A stretch of DNA of 63,417 bases, filler included. It is 5 parts of 5 records of this genome, joined end to end, with 100 filler letters (N's around TTAATTAATTAA, not from the genome) between each part and the next. Parts side by side here need not be neighbours in the genome. Positions count along the whole stretch, not along the records: positions 1 to 21,597 come from SRR2962707_497; positions 21,698 to 36,735 come from SRR2962707_501; 3 more parts are not named here. The stretch is one strand, 5' to 3'. Position 1 is the stretch's first letter. Every line of letters starts with the position of its first letter. Both the position numbers and the translations under genes were made by a program. The notes beneath the pieces are model-generated. The model ran no database searches. It saw nothing but the letters and a program-made list of their open reading frames with translations, and had not been told where the DNA came from. This document shows positions 20,238-30,177 of this stretch, piece after piece.

Positions 20238-21457
20238 GGTTTTTTCATCCGCCACTGGAGAACATCGATCGCCGGTTTCAGTGCCGTCATCGTGCCGACC
20301 GGTGCCGCCTGGGCAATACCGATCCGCACCAGCTCTCCCCCCATGACACGGGCCGCCGTCAACAGGTGTGCCTGCGCTTCCAGCGTCACTGCGTTGGCGA
20401 CCAGACGCCCGCCCGGTTTCAGCGCATCATAGGCGGCAACAAGGATATCGGTGTTGCGGGCAATACCACCGCCGACAAATACCGCGTCGGGGGTGTGCAG
20501 ATTCTCATCCAGCGCGTCGGGAAACGCGCCTTCAATGACGGTCAGTTCCGGCACACCAAGATTTTCCGCATTGCTGCGAATTCGCTGCAGCCGCTCGGGA
20601 TCATGTTCGAAAGCCACCGCATGGGCCGACGGTTCGGCCCGGAGCCATTCAATCGCCACGGTGCCGTTCCCGGCCCCCACATCCCACAACAATTCGCCCG
20701 GCTGTGGCGCCAGCGCCGCCAGCGTGACGGCACGCACATCGCGCTTGGTGATGGTCCCGTCGTGATCGAAGGCATCATCCGGCAACCCCGGCGCACGGGA
20801 CAGCGGCACCATATCCGCATCCGCGATGCAATCCACACACACCGTGTTCAGATTATCGAACGCCGTATCAAATCCGTTACAGGCGAGAGTATCGGAACGG
20901 CGTTCGCTTTCTCCCCCCATGCGCTCCAGCACGGTGAGCGGGCTTTGCCCGTACCCCATCGCCGCCAGGGTATCGGCAATCTCGGCGGGGGAATCGGCAT
21001 CCCGGCTGAGGATGATCAGTTTCAGACCCGGCTGAATGTCGCGGCGGAGCGCCGCCAACGGCCGGGAATGCACGCTGAGGGACTTCAGCATCGGATCGCT
21101 GAGCGACCAGCCCATGCGTGCCGCCGCCAGTGAAAATGCCCCGGCCTGGGGCAGGACACGCACGGCGTCCGCGCCTAGCAATCCGATCATCCGGACCGCG
21201 ATGCCGTAATTCAGCGGATCGCCGCTGGCCAGCACGCAGACCGTCTGATCCACTGCCGCCGCACCGATCTTTTCGATATCCGCGTGCAGATCTTTTCCCC
21301 ACGCCAGGGTTTCACGGGGATCGCCGTCGTCGAGCATCGCCAGATGCCGCGCACCGCCACAGATCAGCGTTGCCCCCGCCAAAGCTTCGCGCGCCATGGC
21401 GGATAGGCCGGAAAGCCCGTCCTCGCCGATCCCGATCACGGTGACGGGCAGGCTCAT
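20234..21457 (-). CDS. cobL: Precorrin-6Y C5,15-methyltransferase (CbiE-CbiT fusion)
   Basis: VIGIGEDG, LASGDP, GLPDDAF.HDG.ITK..VR, WDVGAG, GGRLVANAVTLE. Confidence 0.94.
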   Translation of the reverse strand: MSLPVTVIGIGEDGLSGLSAMAREALAGATLICGGARHLAMLDDGDPRETLAWGKDLHADIEKIGAAAVDQTVCVLASGDPLNYGIAVRMIGLLGADAVRVLPQAGAFSLAAARMGWSLSDPMLKSLSVHSRPLAALRRDIQPGLKLIILSRDADSPAEIADTLAAMGYGQSPLTVLERMGGESERRSDTLACNGFDTAFDNLNTVCVDCIADADMVPLSRAPGLPDDAFDHDGTITKRDVRAVTLAALAPQPGELLWDVGAGNGTVAIEWLRAEPSAHAVAFEHDPERLQRIRSNAENLGVPELTVIEGAFPDALDENLHTPDAVFVGGGIARNTDILVAAYDALKPGGRLVANAVTLEAQAHLLTAARVMGGELVRIGIAQAAPVGTMTALKPAIDVLQWRMKKP

Positions 21458-21597
21458 GACAGCCCCCCGGCCAGCGCGTTGACGGCGGCGGAGGCGATGG
21501 CGCTGCCGCCGACGCGACCACGGAGCGTGATGAATTCAATATCCAGCGCACTCTCGGCCAAAGCCTGCTTGGATTCCGCCGCACCGACAAAGCCGAC
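21454..21597 (-). CDS. cobH: Precorrin-8X methylmutase, C-terminal fragment
   Basis: Translates VGFVGAAESKQAL...ITLRGRVGGSAIASAAVNALAGGLS*; TGA overlaps the cobL ATG; truncated by the spacer. Confidence 0.92.
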   Translation of the reverse strand, partial: VGFVGAAESKQALAESALDIEFITLRGRVGGSAIASAAVNALAGGLS

Positions 21598-21697
21598 NNN
21601 NNNNNNNNNNNNNNNNNNNNNNNNNNNNNNNNNNNNNNNNNTTAATTAATTAANNNNNNNNNNNNNNNNNNNNNNNNNNNNNNNNNNNNNNNNNNNN
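21598..21697. other. Artificial contig spacer
   Basis: 44 N + TTAATTAATTAA (stops in all six frames) + 44 N. Confidence 0.99.
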
Positions 21698-21769
21698 CTT
21701 GACGCCGAGACGACGGCCAGCGGTATCGCGACCGTTGCGGGATGAGCCGCCTGCTTTCTTATGTGCCAT
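21698..21769 (-). CDS. rpmA: 50S ribosomal protein L27, N-terminal fragment
   Basis: Translates MAHKKAGGSSRNGRDTAGRRLGVK, directly after rplU. Confidence 0.97.
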
Positions 21770-21781
21770 GGTTCTTTGTCC

Positions 21782-22438
21782 TTATTCCTTGTCGGCCTTG
21801 GCGCGGGGCGCCTTGCCGGCGATGAGATCCTTGGCCTGCGCGATCCACTCTTCGCGTTCGATACGGCCCTTGAAGTTCAACTCTTCGTCGAACTTGGCCA
21901 CGTCTTCGGCAGTCCAGTCGGCAATCTGCTTGAGGCTGGTGATGCCGGCGGCAGCCAGCTTCTTTTCCAGCGCGGGGCCAACGCCGCCGATCAGCTTGAC
22001 GTCGTCCTTGAACTCGGCGGCCGGCGCAGCGTCGGCCTTGGGGGCAGCCTTGGTTTCAGCCTTCTTGGCCGGCTTTTCAGCAACGGCTTCGCTCTTGTCG
22101 GCCTTGGCGGCAGCCTTGACGGAGGGCTTCTTGCCGCCGGTCAGGATTTCGGTAATGCGCACGGTGGTCAGAAGCTGGCGGTGGCCATTGCGGCGGCGCG
22201 AATTGTGGCGACGACGCTTCTTGAAGACGATGACGGTCTTCTGCTTCTTGGTTTCGAGCAGCTCGGCAGCCACCAGGGCGCCTTCCACCAGGGGTGCGCC
22301 AATCGTGTCGCCAACCATGAGGACCTGGTCGAAGGTGACAATGTCACCGGCCTGGGCATCGAGCTTTTCGATCTTGATGACGTCGTCAGCAGCAACCTTG
22401 TACTGCTTCCCGCCCGTCTTGATAACGGCAAAAGTCAT
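21782..22438 (-). CDS. rplU: 50S ribosomal protein L21 with Ala/Lys linker and C-terminal helix-hairpin-helix-like extension
   Basis: [26 protein letters not shown]; extension [17 protein letters not shown]. Confidence 0.97.
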   Translation of the reverse strand: MTFAVIKTGGKQYKVAADDVIKIEKLDAQAGDIVTFDQVLMVGDTIGAPLVEGALVAAELLETKKQKTVIVFKKRRRHNSRRRNGHRQLLTTVRITEILTGGKKPSVKAAAKADKSEAVAEKPAKKAETKAAPKADAAPAAEFKDDVKLIGGVGPALEKKLAAAGITSLKQIADWTAEDVAKFDEELNFKGRIEREEWIAQAKDLIAGKAPRAKADKE

Positions 22439-22619
22439 TCAGTCAGCCACGTGGTTTTCTCACGTGGTCCCTTTTTCTGTCGCGCTCTGCGGCGCCGCGG
22501 TTGCATGCCTATTTCCGCGGGCTTTTCGTATAGTCTGGGCCGTAATTCGGCCGGCAGCCTCGAGCAGCGTTTTCAAACAAAACCAGCGCACCGGACGGAC
22601 CAGTGCGCAGATTGGTGGG

Positions 22620-22648
22620 CTTATCGGGGCAAAACCCCCAAGAGTCAA
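22620..22648 (-). promoter_or_regulatory. Candidate sigma70 promoter of rplU-rpmA
   Basis: Minus strand TTGACT-N17-GATAAG. Confidence 0.55.
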
Positions 22649-22676
22649 GCCATTTGCTTGGCGTCAAAAGGCCTGA

Positions 22677-23450
22677 TCAGGCCCTGTTTGCATACCAGTT
22701 GCGAAGACGCACCTCGACACCCTCGACCACATCGGTTTCGAGCGGGCTCAGATCGCTCTCGCCATAGTGGTAAGGATAGACAATGGCCGGCATGAAAGTA
22801 TTGATGGCTTCCACCGCCTGTTGGGGCGTCATGGTATAGGGCAGGTTCATGGGCAGGAAGGCGACGGCAATGTCGCTCAGCGCCAGCATGTCCTGGGTCG
22901 GCTCGGTGTCGCCGGCCACATAGACCTGGCTGTCTCCGAATCTCAGCACATAGCCATTGCCCACACCCACCGGGTGATAATTCATGCGGTCTTCGGTGGT
23001 GTTGTGCGCGGCGATGGCCCGGATCGGAATATCGAGAATGGTGCCATCCTCGCCATTGGCCATGGCCGTGGCATTGGCCTTGAGGGCCTCGGGCAGCTTG
23101 GAATGCACATCGCCATTGGTGATCAGCGGCGCGTCGCCGGCAATGGCCTCGAGCGTGGGCACGTCGAAATGGTCGCCATGCCCGTGGGTAATGAGAATGG
23201 CCGAGGGGGCCGGCAGGGACGCATAAAGCTCGGCACCGCCGACCGGGTCGATATAGATCGCCTTGCCATCGAATTCGAGCACCAGGCTCGCATGATCAAT
23301 CGGGTGAATGACCAGATCGCCGGCACTGGTGGGAAGCGTGTCGGCCATGGGCATCTCCTGAGCGTGAGCAGCACTGGCGGCAAGGTTGGCGGCAAAGCCG
23401 GCAAAGGGCAAGCCGGCCATGCCGGCAACGACGATACGGCGCGTAACCAT
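22677..23450 (-). CDS. Tat-exported MBL-fold metallo-hydrolase (UPF0173-like)
   Basis: MVTRR twin-arginine signal ending AHA; THGHGDH, IDP, YVAGDT, FLPMNLPYTM, YPYHY. Confidence 0.88.
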   Translation of the reverse strand: MVTRRIVVAGMAGLPFAGFAANLAASAAHAQEMPMADTLPTSAGDLVIHPIDHASLVLEFDGKAIYIDPVGGAELYASLPAPSAILITHGHGDHFDVPTLEAIAGDAPLITNGDVHSKLPEALKANATAMANGEDGTILDIPIRAIAAHNTTEDRMNYHPVGVGNGYVLRFGDSQVYVAGDTEPTQDMLALSDIAVAFLPMNLPYTMTPQQAVEAINTFMPAIVYPYHYGESDLSPLETDVVEGVEVRLRNWYANRA

Positions 23451-23656
23451 GAAGTGTCTCCCGTTTTGTCTGTTGGACGCAAAGACTAACGGCACAATGC
23501 GGCGCTGGATCGCTCCGCACGCAATTGTGAGTAATGCGCGCGGTGCGGCTTTGTCGCTCAAAGCACGCATAAGAGGTGTTGCAGGCGTGACAAGGCTATG
23601 TCATAAGCCGCCCCGTATCGACCAGCCGCGCCCAGCACAGGGCGTTTCGATCTCGC

Positions 23657-23748
<92 letters not shown>

Positions 23749-23786
23749 TCCGCCCAAGACCCGCGGAAATCATAGTACTTCCAGCA

Positions 23787-23799
23787 TATCAAGGACTTG
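23787..23799 (+). promoter_or_regulatory. IHF binding site in the attL region
   Basis: TATCAAGGACTTG matches WATCAANNNNTTR exactly; lies between the tRNA and the integrase. Confidence 0.65.
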
Positions 23800-23811
23800 T
23801 TAGGGCGCTCC

Positions 23812-23833
23812 TGCTACAAAGGAGTGCTACAAA
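23812..23833 (+). repeat. Direct repeat TGCTACAAA x2, probable integrase arm-type sites
   Basis: Copies at 23812-23820 and 23825-23833, immediately before the integrase start. Confidence 0.6.
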
Positions 23834-23835
23834 AA

Positions 23836-25476
23836 ATGGCGAGTCTTAGGATGGCCACCCCCTTCCTTCGCAACGGGATCTACTACTTCCGCAAGGGGGT
23901 TCCCGAGCGCATGCAGCCCCTCGTGGGCAAAAAGCTGGTGATGATCTCGCTGGGCACCCGGGACCCGGTCGAGGCGCGCTCGGCTTTCACCCTTGTCGCA
24001 GCCGAGGTCGAGAAGGAATGGGCGGCCCTTCGGGCAAAGCCACATGTCCTACCCTTGGCCCCTGTCCGTTTGGACAAGAAAGCGCTCGTCGCTTTGGCCG
24101 GCGATCTCTACGACGCCACCATGAAGGCAAATGAGGCTGATTCAGGCGGGCCCGAACCATGGCGCGAGAAGAGGCGAAAGCTGCAGCCCGCACTTCGCCC
24201 TTCCGAGCGGGAGCCCGATCTCCGGCCCGACATCTTCATGGCCTACGCGGGTGGCTTTGGCGGCATTGCCACCTTTCTCATCGGCGACGAGATCCGGTCC
24301 TTCCTCGCGGAGCGCGGACTGCGTCTGACGGAGGATTGCCGCAAGACTTTCGCGCTGCACGCAGCGAGCGCGCTGGCTCAGGCCTATCGGATGCTCGAGC
24401 AGAGAGCGATGGGCAATTTCACCCCTGACCCTGACCGCGCGCGCTTCCCGAAGTCCGTGCCAACGATCACGTGGGAGAAGCTGTTCGAACTCTACCGCGA
24501 CGAACGCAAGCCCAAGTCGTCCAGCGTCAAGCGCATGCGCAGCGTGCTCACGGCGTTCTTCCAATTCCTTGGCCATGATCTCCCGGGTCTTGTTACGGAG
24601 GAGGACGCCCTGCGCTGGAAACGGAAGCGCCTCAAGGAGGTCGCGGTGCAGACTGTTCGCGATGCAGATCTCGCCCATCCCCGCGCGCTCTTCCGCTTCG
24701 CCAAGAAGGACAAGCACCTGCCTACCAACCCCTTCGCCGATGTGACGATCGTCATCAAGGGGGACAAGCGCTACACCGCTGACGGCGTCGTCAAGAACAC
24801 TCGGGAACGAGAATTTACGCAGGAGGAGGCCGAGGCGATTCTGCGTGCCAGTCTGGTGCCCACATCAGGGCGCATGACTATCGAGGGCGCCGCTGCCAGA
24901 CGTTGGATTCCATGGCTCTGTGCCTACACCGGTGCTCGGGTTAACGAGATGAGTCAACTCAGAGCCCAGGACATCGTTCAGAAGCGGAGCCGGGACGGCA
25001 AGAAAATGATCTGGGTGCTTCACATTACGCCAGAGGCCGGTCGAGTGAAGGACGATGAGGAAAGGGACGTAGCACTGCACCCACACCTCATCGAGCAGGG
25101 GTTCCTTGAGTTCGTCAGCAGTCGCAAGGACAAGTGCCTCTTCTACGATCCCAAGCGCTCTCGAGGTTCCGATCCGGCGAACCCGCAATACGTGAAGGTC
25201 GGGCAGCGCGTCGCCGAATGGGTTCGCAGCGACGCCGTGGGGATCGTCGACGAGCGGATCTCGCCCAACCACGGCTGGCGCCATCTCGTGCGCAGTCAGC
25301 TTCTAGCGGCCAAGATCCAGGATCAGATCATCAAGAAGATTCAGGGTCACAAGGCCAAGGACACCAGCGAGACCTATGGCAGCATGTGGCCGGAAGTATG
25401 CCTCGAGGCCATCACGTCGATCCCGCGATACGACCTCGACGGGACTACTAAACCTGAAGACGATGCTACCGCATAG
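23836..25476 (+). CDS. Tyrosine recombinase/integrase with N-terminal DUF6538-like domain
   Basis: RNGIYYFRKGVP...SLGTRD N-terminus; catalytic YTGARVNE, K, NHGWRH, QGH, TYG; start 23836 or 23851. Confidence 0.9.
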   Translation: MASLRMATPFLRNGIYYFRKGVPERMQPLVGKKLVMISLGTRDPVEARSAFTLVAAEVEKEWAALRAKPHVLPLAPVRLDKKALVALAGDLYDATMKANEADSGGPEPWREKRRKLQPALRPSEREPDLRPDIFMAYAGGFGGIATFLIGDEIRSFLAERGLRLTEDCRKTFALHAASALAQAYRMLEQRAMGNFTPDPDRARFPKSVPTITWEKLFELYRDERKPKSSSVKRMRSVLTAFFQFLGHDLPGLVTEEDALRWKRKRLKEVAVQTVRDADLAHPRALFRFAKKDKHLPTNPFADVTIVIKGDKRYTADGVVKNTREREFTQEEAEAILRASLVPTSGRMTIEGAAARRWIPWLCAYTGARVNEMSQLRAQDIVQKRSRDGKKMIWVLHITPEAGRVKDDEERDVALHPHLIEQGFLEFVSSRKDKCLFYDPKRSRGSDPANPQYVKVGQRVAEWVRSDAVGIVDERISPNHGWRHLVRSQLLAAKIQDQIIKKIQGHKAKDTSETYGSMWPEVCLEAITSIPRYDLDGTTKPEDDATA

Positions 25477-25754
25477 TCCGTTATTACCGCGGGAGTGGAG
25501 GCGGAAACAGTGACCTATGTATGTTCCGCGGCTAGATTTCGTAGAGAGGACATGACTTTACTCTCGCCAACGTATGACATTCCGCTCCTAAAGATCTTGG
25601 GCCGTCGCTTACCCAGATCGATCAAAGACAGAATTGGGGCCGAATGCGGTCGGTCCACTTTTGATCGCAACTTGATGGAAACAGCCATGCGGGTGCTTTG
25701 CCACCGATGGCTGATTGGGTACGGTTTTCTGTCTAGCCGCTTAGCAGTAAGTCA

Positions 25755-26795
25755 TCAACCATAAGCACATGTGCTGTCGCGTTGAATGAGGGTTGGCTGC
25801 ACCAGAAGACTGGAAACAGACCCCTGGATCTGCTCATCCTCGATGGATCCAATGAGCTGCTCAGCTGCCTTCCGCCCTAACAGGTCGACATGCTGTGTAA
25901 TCACCGAAATTGCGGGCCGTACCATCGCCGTCCAGTTCGCGTCGTCATAGGCCACAAGCGAAATGTCGCCTGGAACCTCGGCACCAAAATCCTGTAAGGC
26001 GATATAGAGCGACTGCGCCACCACGCTGTTGGCAGCGAAGATAGCGGTAATCCCGCGTTCACGAAGGCGCGGCACGATGGCAGCCAGGGCTTCTGCGATC
26101 GTTGTGTCTCCATCTTCCAACTTGATGCACAGTTCTTTTGCCGGCTCGAGACCAAAGCTAGCAAATGCATCTTGCCAGCCAGCAATTCGGGCCTGACCCG
26201 TTGTCCACCGGTCATGGTCGATCATCACGGCGATGTTGCGGTGACCGAGCGCTAGAAGATGCTCTGTCGCAATCTTCCCGCCGATCCGGTTATCGCCACC
26301 GATCAGCGAGTATTTTGAGCTGACAGATCTGTCGATTTGCAGGGCTGGAATGCCGTAACCCTTGACCCGGTCCAGTGCGCCCTGTGCTACGGGCGTGAGC
26401 GCGATGCCAGCCACCCCCATGGCCAGCAGCGAATCTACCGCGTCGCGTTCCTTCATGCGATCGGCACCGTCGATGATCAGAATGACTTCATACCCCCGCC
26501 GTCGCGCGACCTCCTGAAACCCGGTCGCAAGCTGGGCATAGAACGGATCCAGGAGACTCGACACGATCAGGCCAACCTGTGTGCTGGACCCGCGGCGCAA
26601 ATTGCGGGCTGCGAAATCGGGCACATACCCCATTCTCTCAGCCGCTTCGAGTACGCGTGCCTTGACCTCGGCGGCGACGTAGCCCTTACTCGACAGCGCG
26701 CGAGACACAGTAGAGCTGGAAAGCCCCAACTCCCGCGAAATATCGCCAATCCGCACACGCTTGTCTGACAACCCGGCCCTCGACTCCAGTGTCAT
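25755..26795 (-). CDS. LacI-family transcriptional regulator
   Basis: IGDISRELGLSSSTVSRAL HTH, MGYVP.FAARNL hinge, VPGDISLVAYDD. Confidence 0.95.
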   Translation of the reverse strand: MTLESRAGLSDKRVRIGDISRELGLSSSTVSRALSSKGYVAAEVKARVLEAAERMGYVPDFAARNLRRGSSTQVGLIVSSLLDPFYAQLATGFQEVARRRGYEVILIIDGADRMKERDAVDSLLAMGVAGIALTPVAQGALDRVKGYGIPALQIDRSVSSKYSLIGGDNRIGGKIATEHLLALGHRNIAVMIDHDRWTTGQARIAGWQDAFASFGLEPAKELCIKLEDGDTTIAEALAAIVPRLRERGITAIFAANSVVAQSLYIALQDFGAEVPGDISLVAYDDANWTAMVRPAISVITQHVDLLGRKAAEQLIGSIEDEQIQGSVSSLLVQPTLIQRDSTCAYG

Positions 26796-27676
26796 TCCCC
26801 GGAATGCCTGCGTATTAGCGTGTCGATGGCGAATAGACTAGTACACTCGGCCTCCGTGGTACCTGTGCCCAGCGTTCTGGAGAAGCTATTGAGTTGCACC
26901 CTCTTTCCGCGCTGCATCAGGAGTAACTTGGCAGACGCAGGGTAGTTCTTTTCCAGCGCTGCATCAGCAGCAGTCATCAGAAGAGAAAGCGAATCCTCAG
27001 ATTCGGTTGCCGCGCGCCCCAACAGACCGGGATAGATAGTTGCCATCAGACCGCAAAAGCCATCCGCACCGGCGGCTAAGGAGGCCCGGAACGAGGCCAT
27101 CTCTGCGTTGAGAAGCTGCAACCGCGTACCGGCGGTGAGCTGCGCCCGCCGCGTGATGCGGGCCAGATCGAGACAAGTGTCTTTGTAAAATGTGAAGCGG
27201 CCGGACTGCGCTGCAAGTGCAACGCAAGAATCGGACAGCAGGCGCTTGAAAGGACGTGGTGCCTCGTAAAGCCCAAGATCGCCCGTGGTGTCGGCGACAA
27301 CCCGCTCTAGTGCGCGCAAAACTGCTGTTTCCGGAGCATTTTCCTCAGCAAAATGGGCCGTCAACAGGACGGCAAGATCGGCCCCTGCTGCATGGGCCTG
27401 GGAAATTACCCGAACAAAATCTGTTGTGTCACCAGGATAAACCGCCGCAGCGATGGGGATTCGTCCATTGACCGTTGTCGCACAGGCGCTCACGATCGAT
27501 AGCCTTTCGGCCTCGGACAGTGTGAACGGTTCGCCGGAAAGGCCGGCCACCAGAACACCGCTGGCTCCCATGTCGATATTGAACTCGACCAAGCGGCTCA
27601 GCGCTGGAAAATCGATCTGGCCGTCAGGCTCGAACGGGGTAAGGAGCGGTGGCCAGATTTCGGGGGCACGCGCCAT
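26792..27676 (-). CDS. DHDPS/NAL-family class I aldolase
   Basis: LTPF..DGQIDF, AGLSGE, GLYEAP, FYKDT (Schiff-base Lys). Confidence 0.85.
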   Translation of the reverse strand: MARAPEIWPPLLTPFEPDGQIDFPALSRLVEFNIDMGASGVLVAGLSGEPFTLSEAERLSIVSACATTVNGRIPIAAAVYPGDTTDFVRVISQAHAAGADLAVLLTAHFAEENAPETAVLRALERVVADTTGDLGLYEAPRPFKRLLSDSCVALAAQSGRFTFYKDTCLDLARITRRAQLTAGTRLQLLNAEMASFRASLAAGADGFCGLMATIYPGLLGRAATESEDSLSLLMTAADAALEKNYPASAKLLLMQRGKRVQLNSFSRTLGTGTTEAECTSLFAIDTLIRRHSGE

Positions 27677-27678
27677 GC

Positions 27679-30174
27679 TTAGATCCCTTTTGACACATGT
27701 GGCAGGCCCTGATCTTTGGGAAACTCGAGAAGATCGGCCTTGAAAGTCTCGCCATTAGCGCGGATGACCCAGGTACCGATCTCTTCCGGCCCAAGGGTAA
27801 CAGGCAGCTCAAAGTCATCCCGGAAATGCAGCACCAGCTGCGCCGCCAGTGTTTCCTTGGTATCGTTCGCAAGTCGCAGAACGAGACCATCCCGATCGTC
27901 CTCCCACGCTTTGATGGCGGTCAGCCGCAACCCCGGGACGCCATCGAGGCCTGAAATGCCGGTATGGTGGTGGGGCAGAGTGCCCTCGTGAAAGCTCTCC
28001 ATCATCTGGCGGGGCGCCATAATCATCTGGTCGGCGAGCCGATGTGCCTCCGACATGTCGTTTCCGGTTTGAGGCAGCAGCTTAGCCGTAAAGCTCTGCA
28101 GGCCTTGATCCTGATAGTGATAATGCTCATTTTCGCGCAGTTCGCGGGGATCGTGCCACGCATAGACGGGACTGCGCGCAGCCGTGATACCGATATCGCC
28201 CTTGTCGCAATCATAGGCGTATTTGGCATCATTGATTACGGTCAGGCGCTGGCCGTTTTTGGCTACGCTGACCCAGCGTTGACCAGGGTATTCCTTGGCA
28301 TCGGCCGGGCGCTCCAGCGCGCCGTGCTGCATTTGATAGAGCGCTGTGTCACCACGAATAGCGGAAGGATAGCGCAGCTTGAGGATAGCAAGGGTTTCAC
28401 GCCAGTCTATCTCGCTGCGAATTTCGAGAGATCGCGAACCGGCATCGAGCACAAAATGCTCGGTAAGACGCGACTGGCCGTAGCGCGAGGTGACCCGGAT
28501 AGTGCTCCGCACTGGTCCATCATCGATCAAGCGCACATCCTCGACCTCAAAGGCCTTGCCCGGAGCCACATAGCTGTCGACGCGATGGCCCCACGTGTCT
28601 GAATGATCAGGGGTAACCAGAGCGTGCACCGCACCTTGCGGAGGCGCGTAATTGCGCCCATCGTCCAGAGTTACCAATTCAGACAGCCAACCGCTTTCCG
28701 CATCAATGGTGACACGCAGGTGCGCGTTCTCCATGGTGAGGCCCGCAGCTTTGACGGAGGCACCCGCAACTACAGGCCGCTCAGCGACCTGACGCAGCCG
28801 GTAAAGTTTGTAACCCAGTGCAGGCAGGGTCGCGCGGAAAGCGATGCGCCCGCGCAACCGATCGCGGAAGATGTTTTGTTCCTGAATGGTCGCATTAGCG
28901 CGGATTCTTTGCCATTCGATGGCTGTGCCCGCTTCATCGGTCAGCGCCCACGCGCCGGGAAGGAAGGAAAGCTCGAGTTCCGCTGTGACATCCAAGGGAT
29001 AGGGGTGGGGGTTGAATATCACAACCGGCTGGCTTTTCTCATCTTCAGGAATGGAAATATCGCGCGCGGTTGTCTGCATTGCCAGATTGATGATGCGATC
29101 GGCGGCGGCAATCACCCCGCCCAACTGATGCTCTGCATCCTCGTAGCAGACCTTCAATGAGCTGCCGGGCAGAATGTCATGGAACTGGTTAAACAGCAGA
29201 TCTTTCCAGGCCGCGTTCAACGCCTCAGAAGGATAACTGGTAACGCCACGATGTGCCGCCAGCGTTGCGTAACGCTCGGCCTCGACCAGAATGGTCTCTG
29301 CCATGAGATTTAGCTGTTTGATTTTGGCATGCGCAGCGTAGCAACCTGCCGCGTGCCGCTGCAGTTCACCCTGCCATTGGGAGACGGTCTCGCCACTGTC
29401 CCGCACCATATCGAGATAGCGTCCCGGACCGGACATGATCAGTCGCCCGTGGCGCCCGTGCGCGTCGATACGCGCTATGCTCTCCAGATTGCGCCGGGTT
29501 GGGCCACCGCCATGATTACCGACCCCGTAAAAGACCATAGCGCTGCTGCCGACCTCTGGTCCGATCTTGGACACAGCAGCGTCGAGGTGGTCGTCGATGG
29601 CTTCAGAGGTCGAACAATACTCATGCGGGATTCGATAGGCGAGAACACTCTTGCCTCCCATGCCCTGCCAGTCGAACAGGGTATGTGTCATTTCCGTTTC
29701 GTGAGGGCCGGGGCGCAGGAAACAATAGCCGTCAATCCTCTGACCCTGAAGAATCTGGGGCAGAACCGCAGAGTGCCCGAAGGGATCCGCATTCAGGCCG
29801 ATCGTCGCAATGCCACCAAAATGCTCCAGCAGATAGCGCTGACCTATCAGACCCTGCCGCACAAAGGCCTCTAGGGAGGGCAGGTTACAGTCCGGCTCTA
29901 CCCACCAACCGCCCACCAAGGCGATGCGCCCCTCGGCAACCAGTTGCTGTAGTTTCTCAAAGAGCTTGGGATCGCTTTCGCGGATCCATTCGATCACGGC
30001 CATCTGCTCAAAGGTGAAGACGTAATCCGGATTCTCGGCGAGTAATTTGACCGCTGCCTGCAGTGTCGCGCGGGCTTCCTGATAGCCTTCGGTCCAGCGC
30101 CAAAGCCATACTGGATCAAGGTGCGCATGGCCAACCATATAGAGGCAATCGAACTGGTTTTTCTTGACGTCCAT
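27679..30174 (-). CDS. Glycoside hydrolase family 38 (alpha-mannosidase-like), cytoplasmic
   Basis: GHAHLDPVWLW, GGWWVEPDCN, DPFGH nucleophile region, YGVGNHGGGP, NQFHDILPGS; no signal peptide. Confidence 0.93.
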   Translation of the reverse strand: MDVKKNQFDCLYMVGHAHLDPVWLWRWTEGYQEARATLQAAVKLLAENPDYVFTFEQMAVIEWIRESDPKLFEKLQQLVAEGRIALVGGWWVEPDCNLPSLEAFVRQGLIGQRYLLEHFGGIATIGLNADPFGHSAVLPQILQGQRIDGYCFLRPGPHETEMTHTLFDWQGMGGKSVLAYRIPHEYCSTSEAIDDHLDAAVSKIGPEVGSSAMVFYGVGNHGGGPTRRNLESIARIDAHGRHGRLIMSGPGRYLDMVRDSGETVSQWQGELQRHAAGCYAAHAKIKQLNLMAETILVEAERYATLAAHRGVTSYPSEALNAAWKDLLFNQFHDILPGSSLKVCYEDAEHQLGGVIAAADRIINLAMQTTARDISIPEDEKSQPVVIFNPHPYPLDVTAELELSFLPGAWALTDEAGTAIEWQRIRANATIQEQNIFRDRLRGRIAFRATLPALGYKLYRLRQVAERPVVAGASVKAAGLTMENAHLRVTIDAESGWLSELVTLDDGRNYAPPQGAVHALVTPDHSDTWGHRVDSYVAPGKAFEVEDVRLIDDGPVRSTIRVTSRYGQSRLTEHFVLDAGSRSLEIRSEIDWRETLAILKLRYPSAIRGDTALYQMQHGALERPADAKEYPGQRWVSVAKNGQRLTVINDAKYAYDCDKGDIGITAARSPVYAWHDPRELRENEHYHYQDQGLQSFTAKLLPQTGNDMSEAHRLADQMIMAPRQMMESFHEGTLPHHHTGISGLDGVPGLRLTAIKAWEDDRDGLVLRLANDTKETLAAQLVLHFRDDFELPVTLGPEEIGTWVIRANGETFKADLLEFPKDQGLPHVSKGI

Positions 30175-30177
30175 CGT

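Noticed and set aside
21642-21653. TTAATTAATTAA occurring four times in the window
   Set aside because: Synthetic six-frame stop linker inside N runs, not biological
25477-25754. attR or small gene (25495-25764) after the integrase
   Set aside because: No copy of the tRNA 3' end found by eye; the ORF has no recognisable features and overlaps the LacI end
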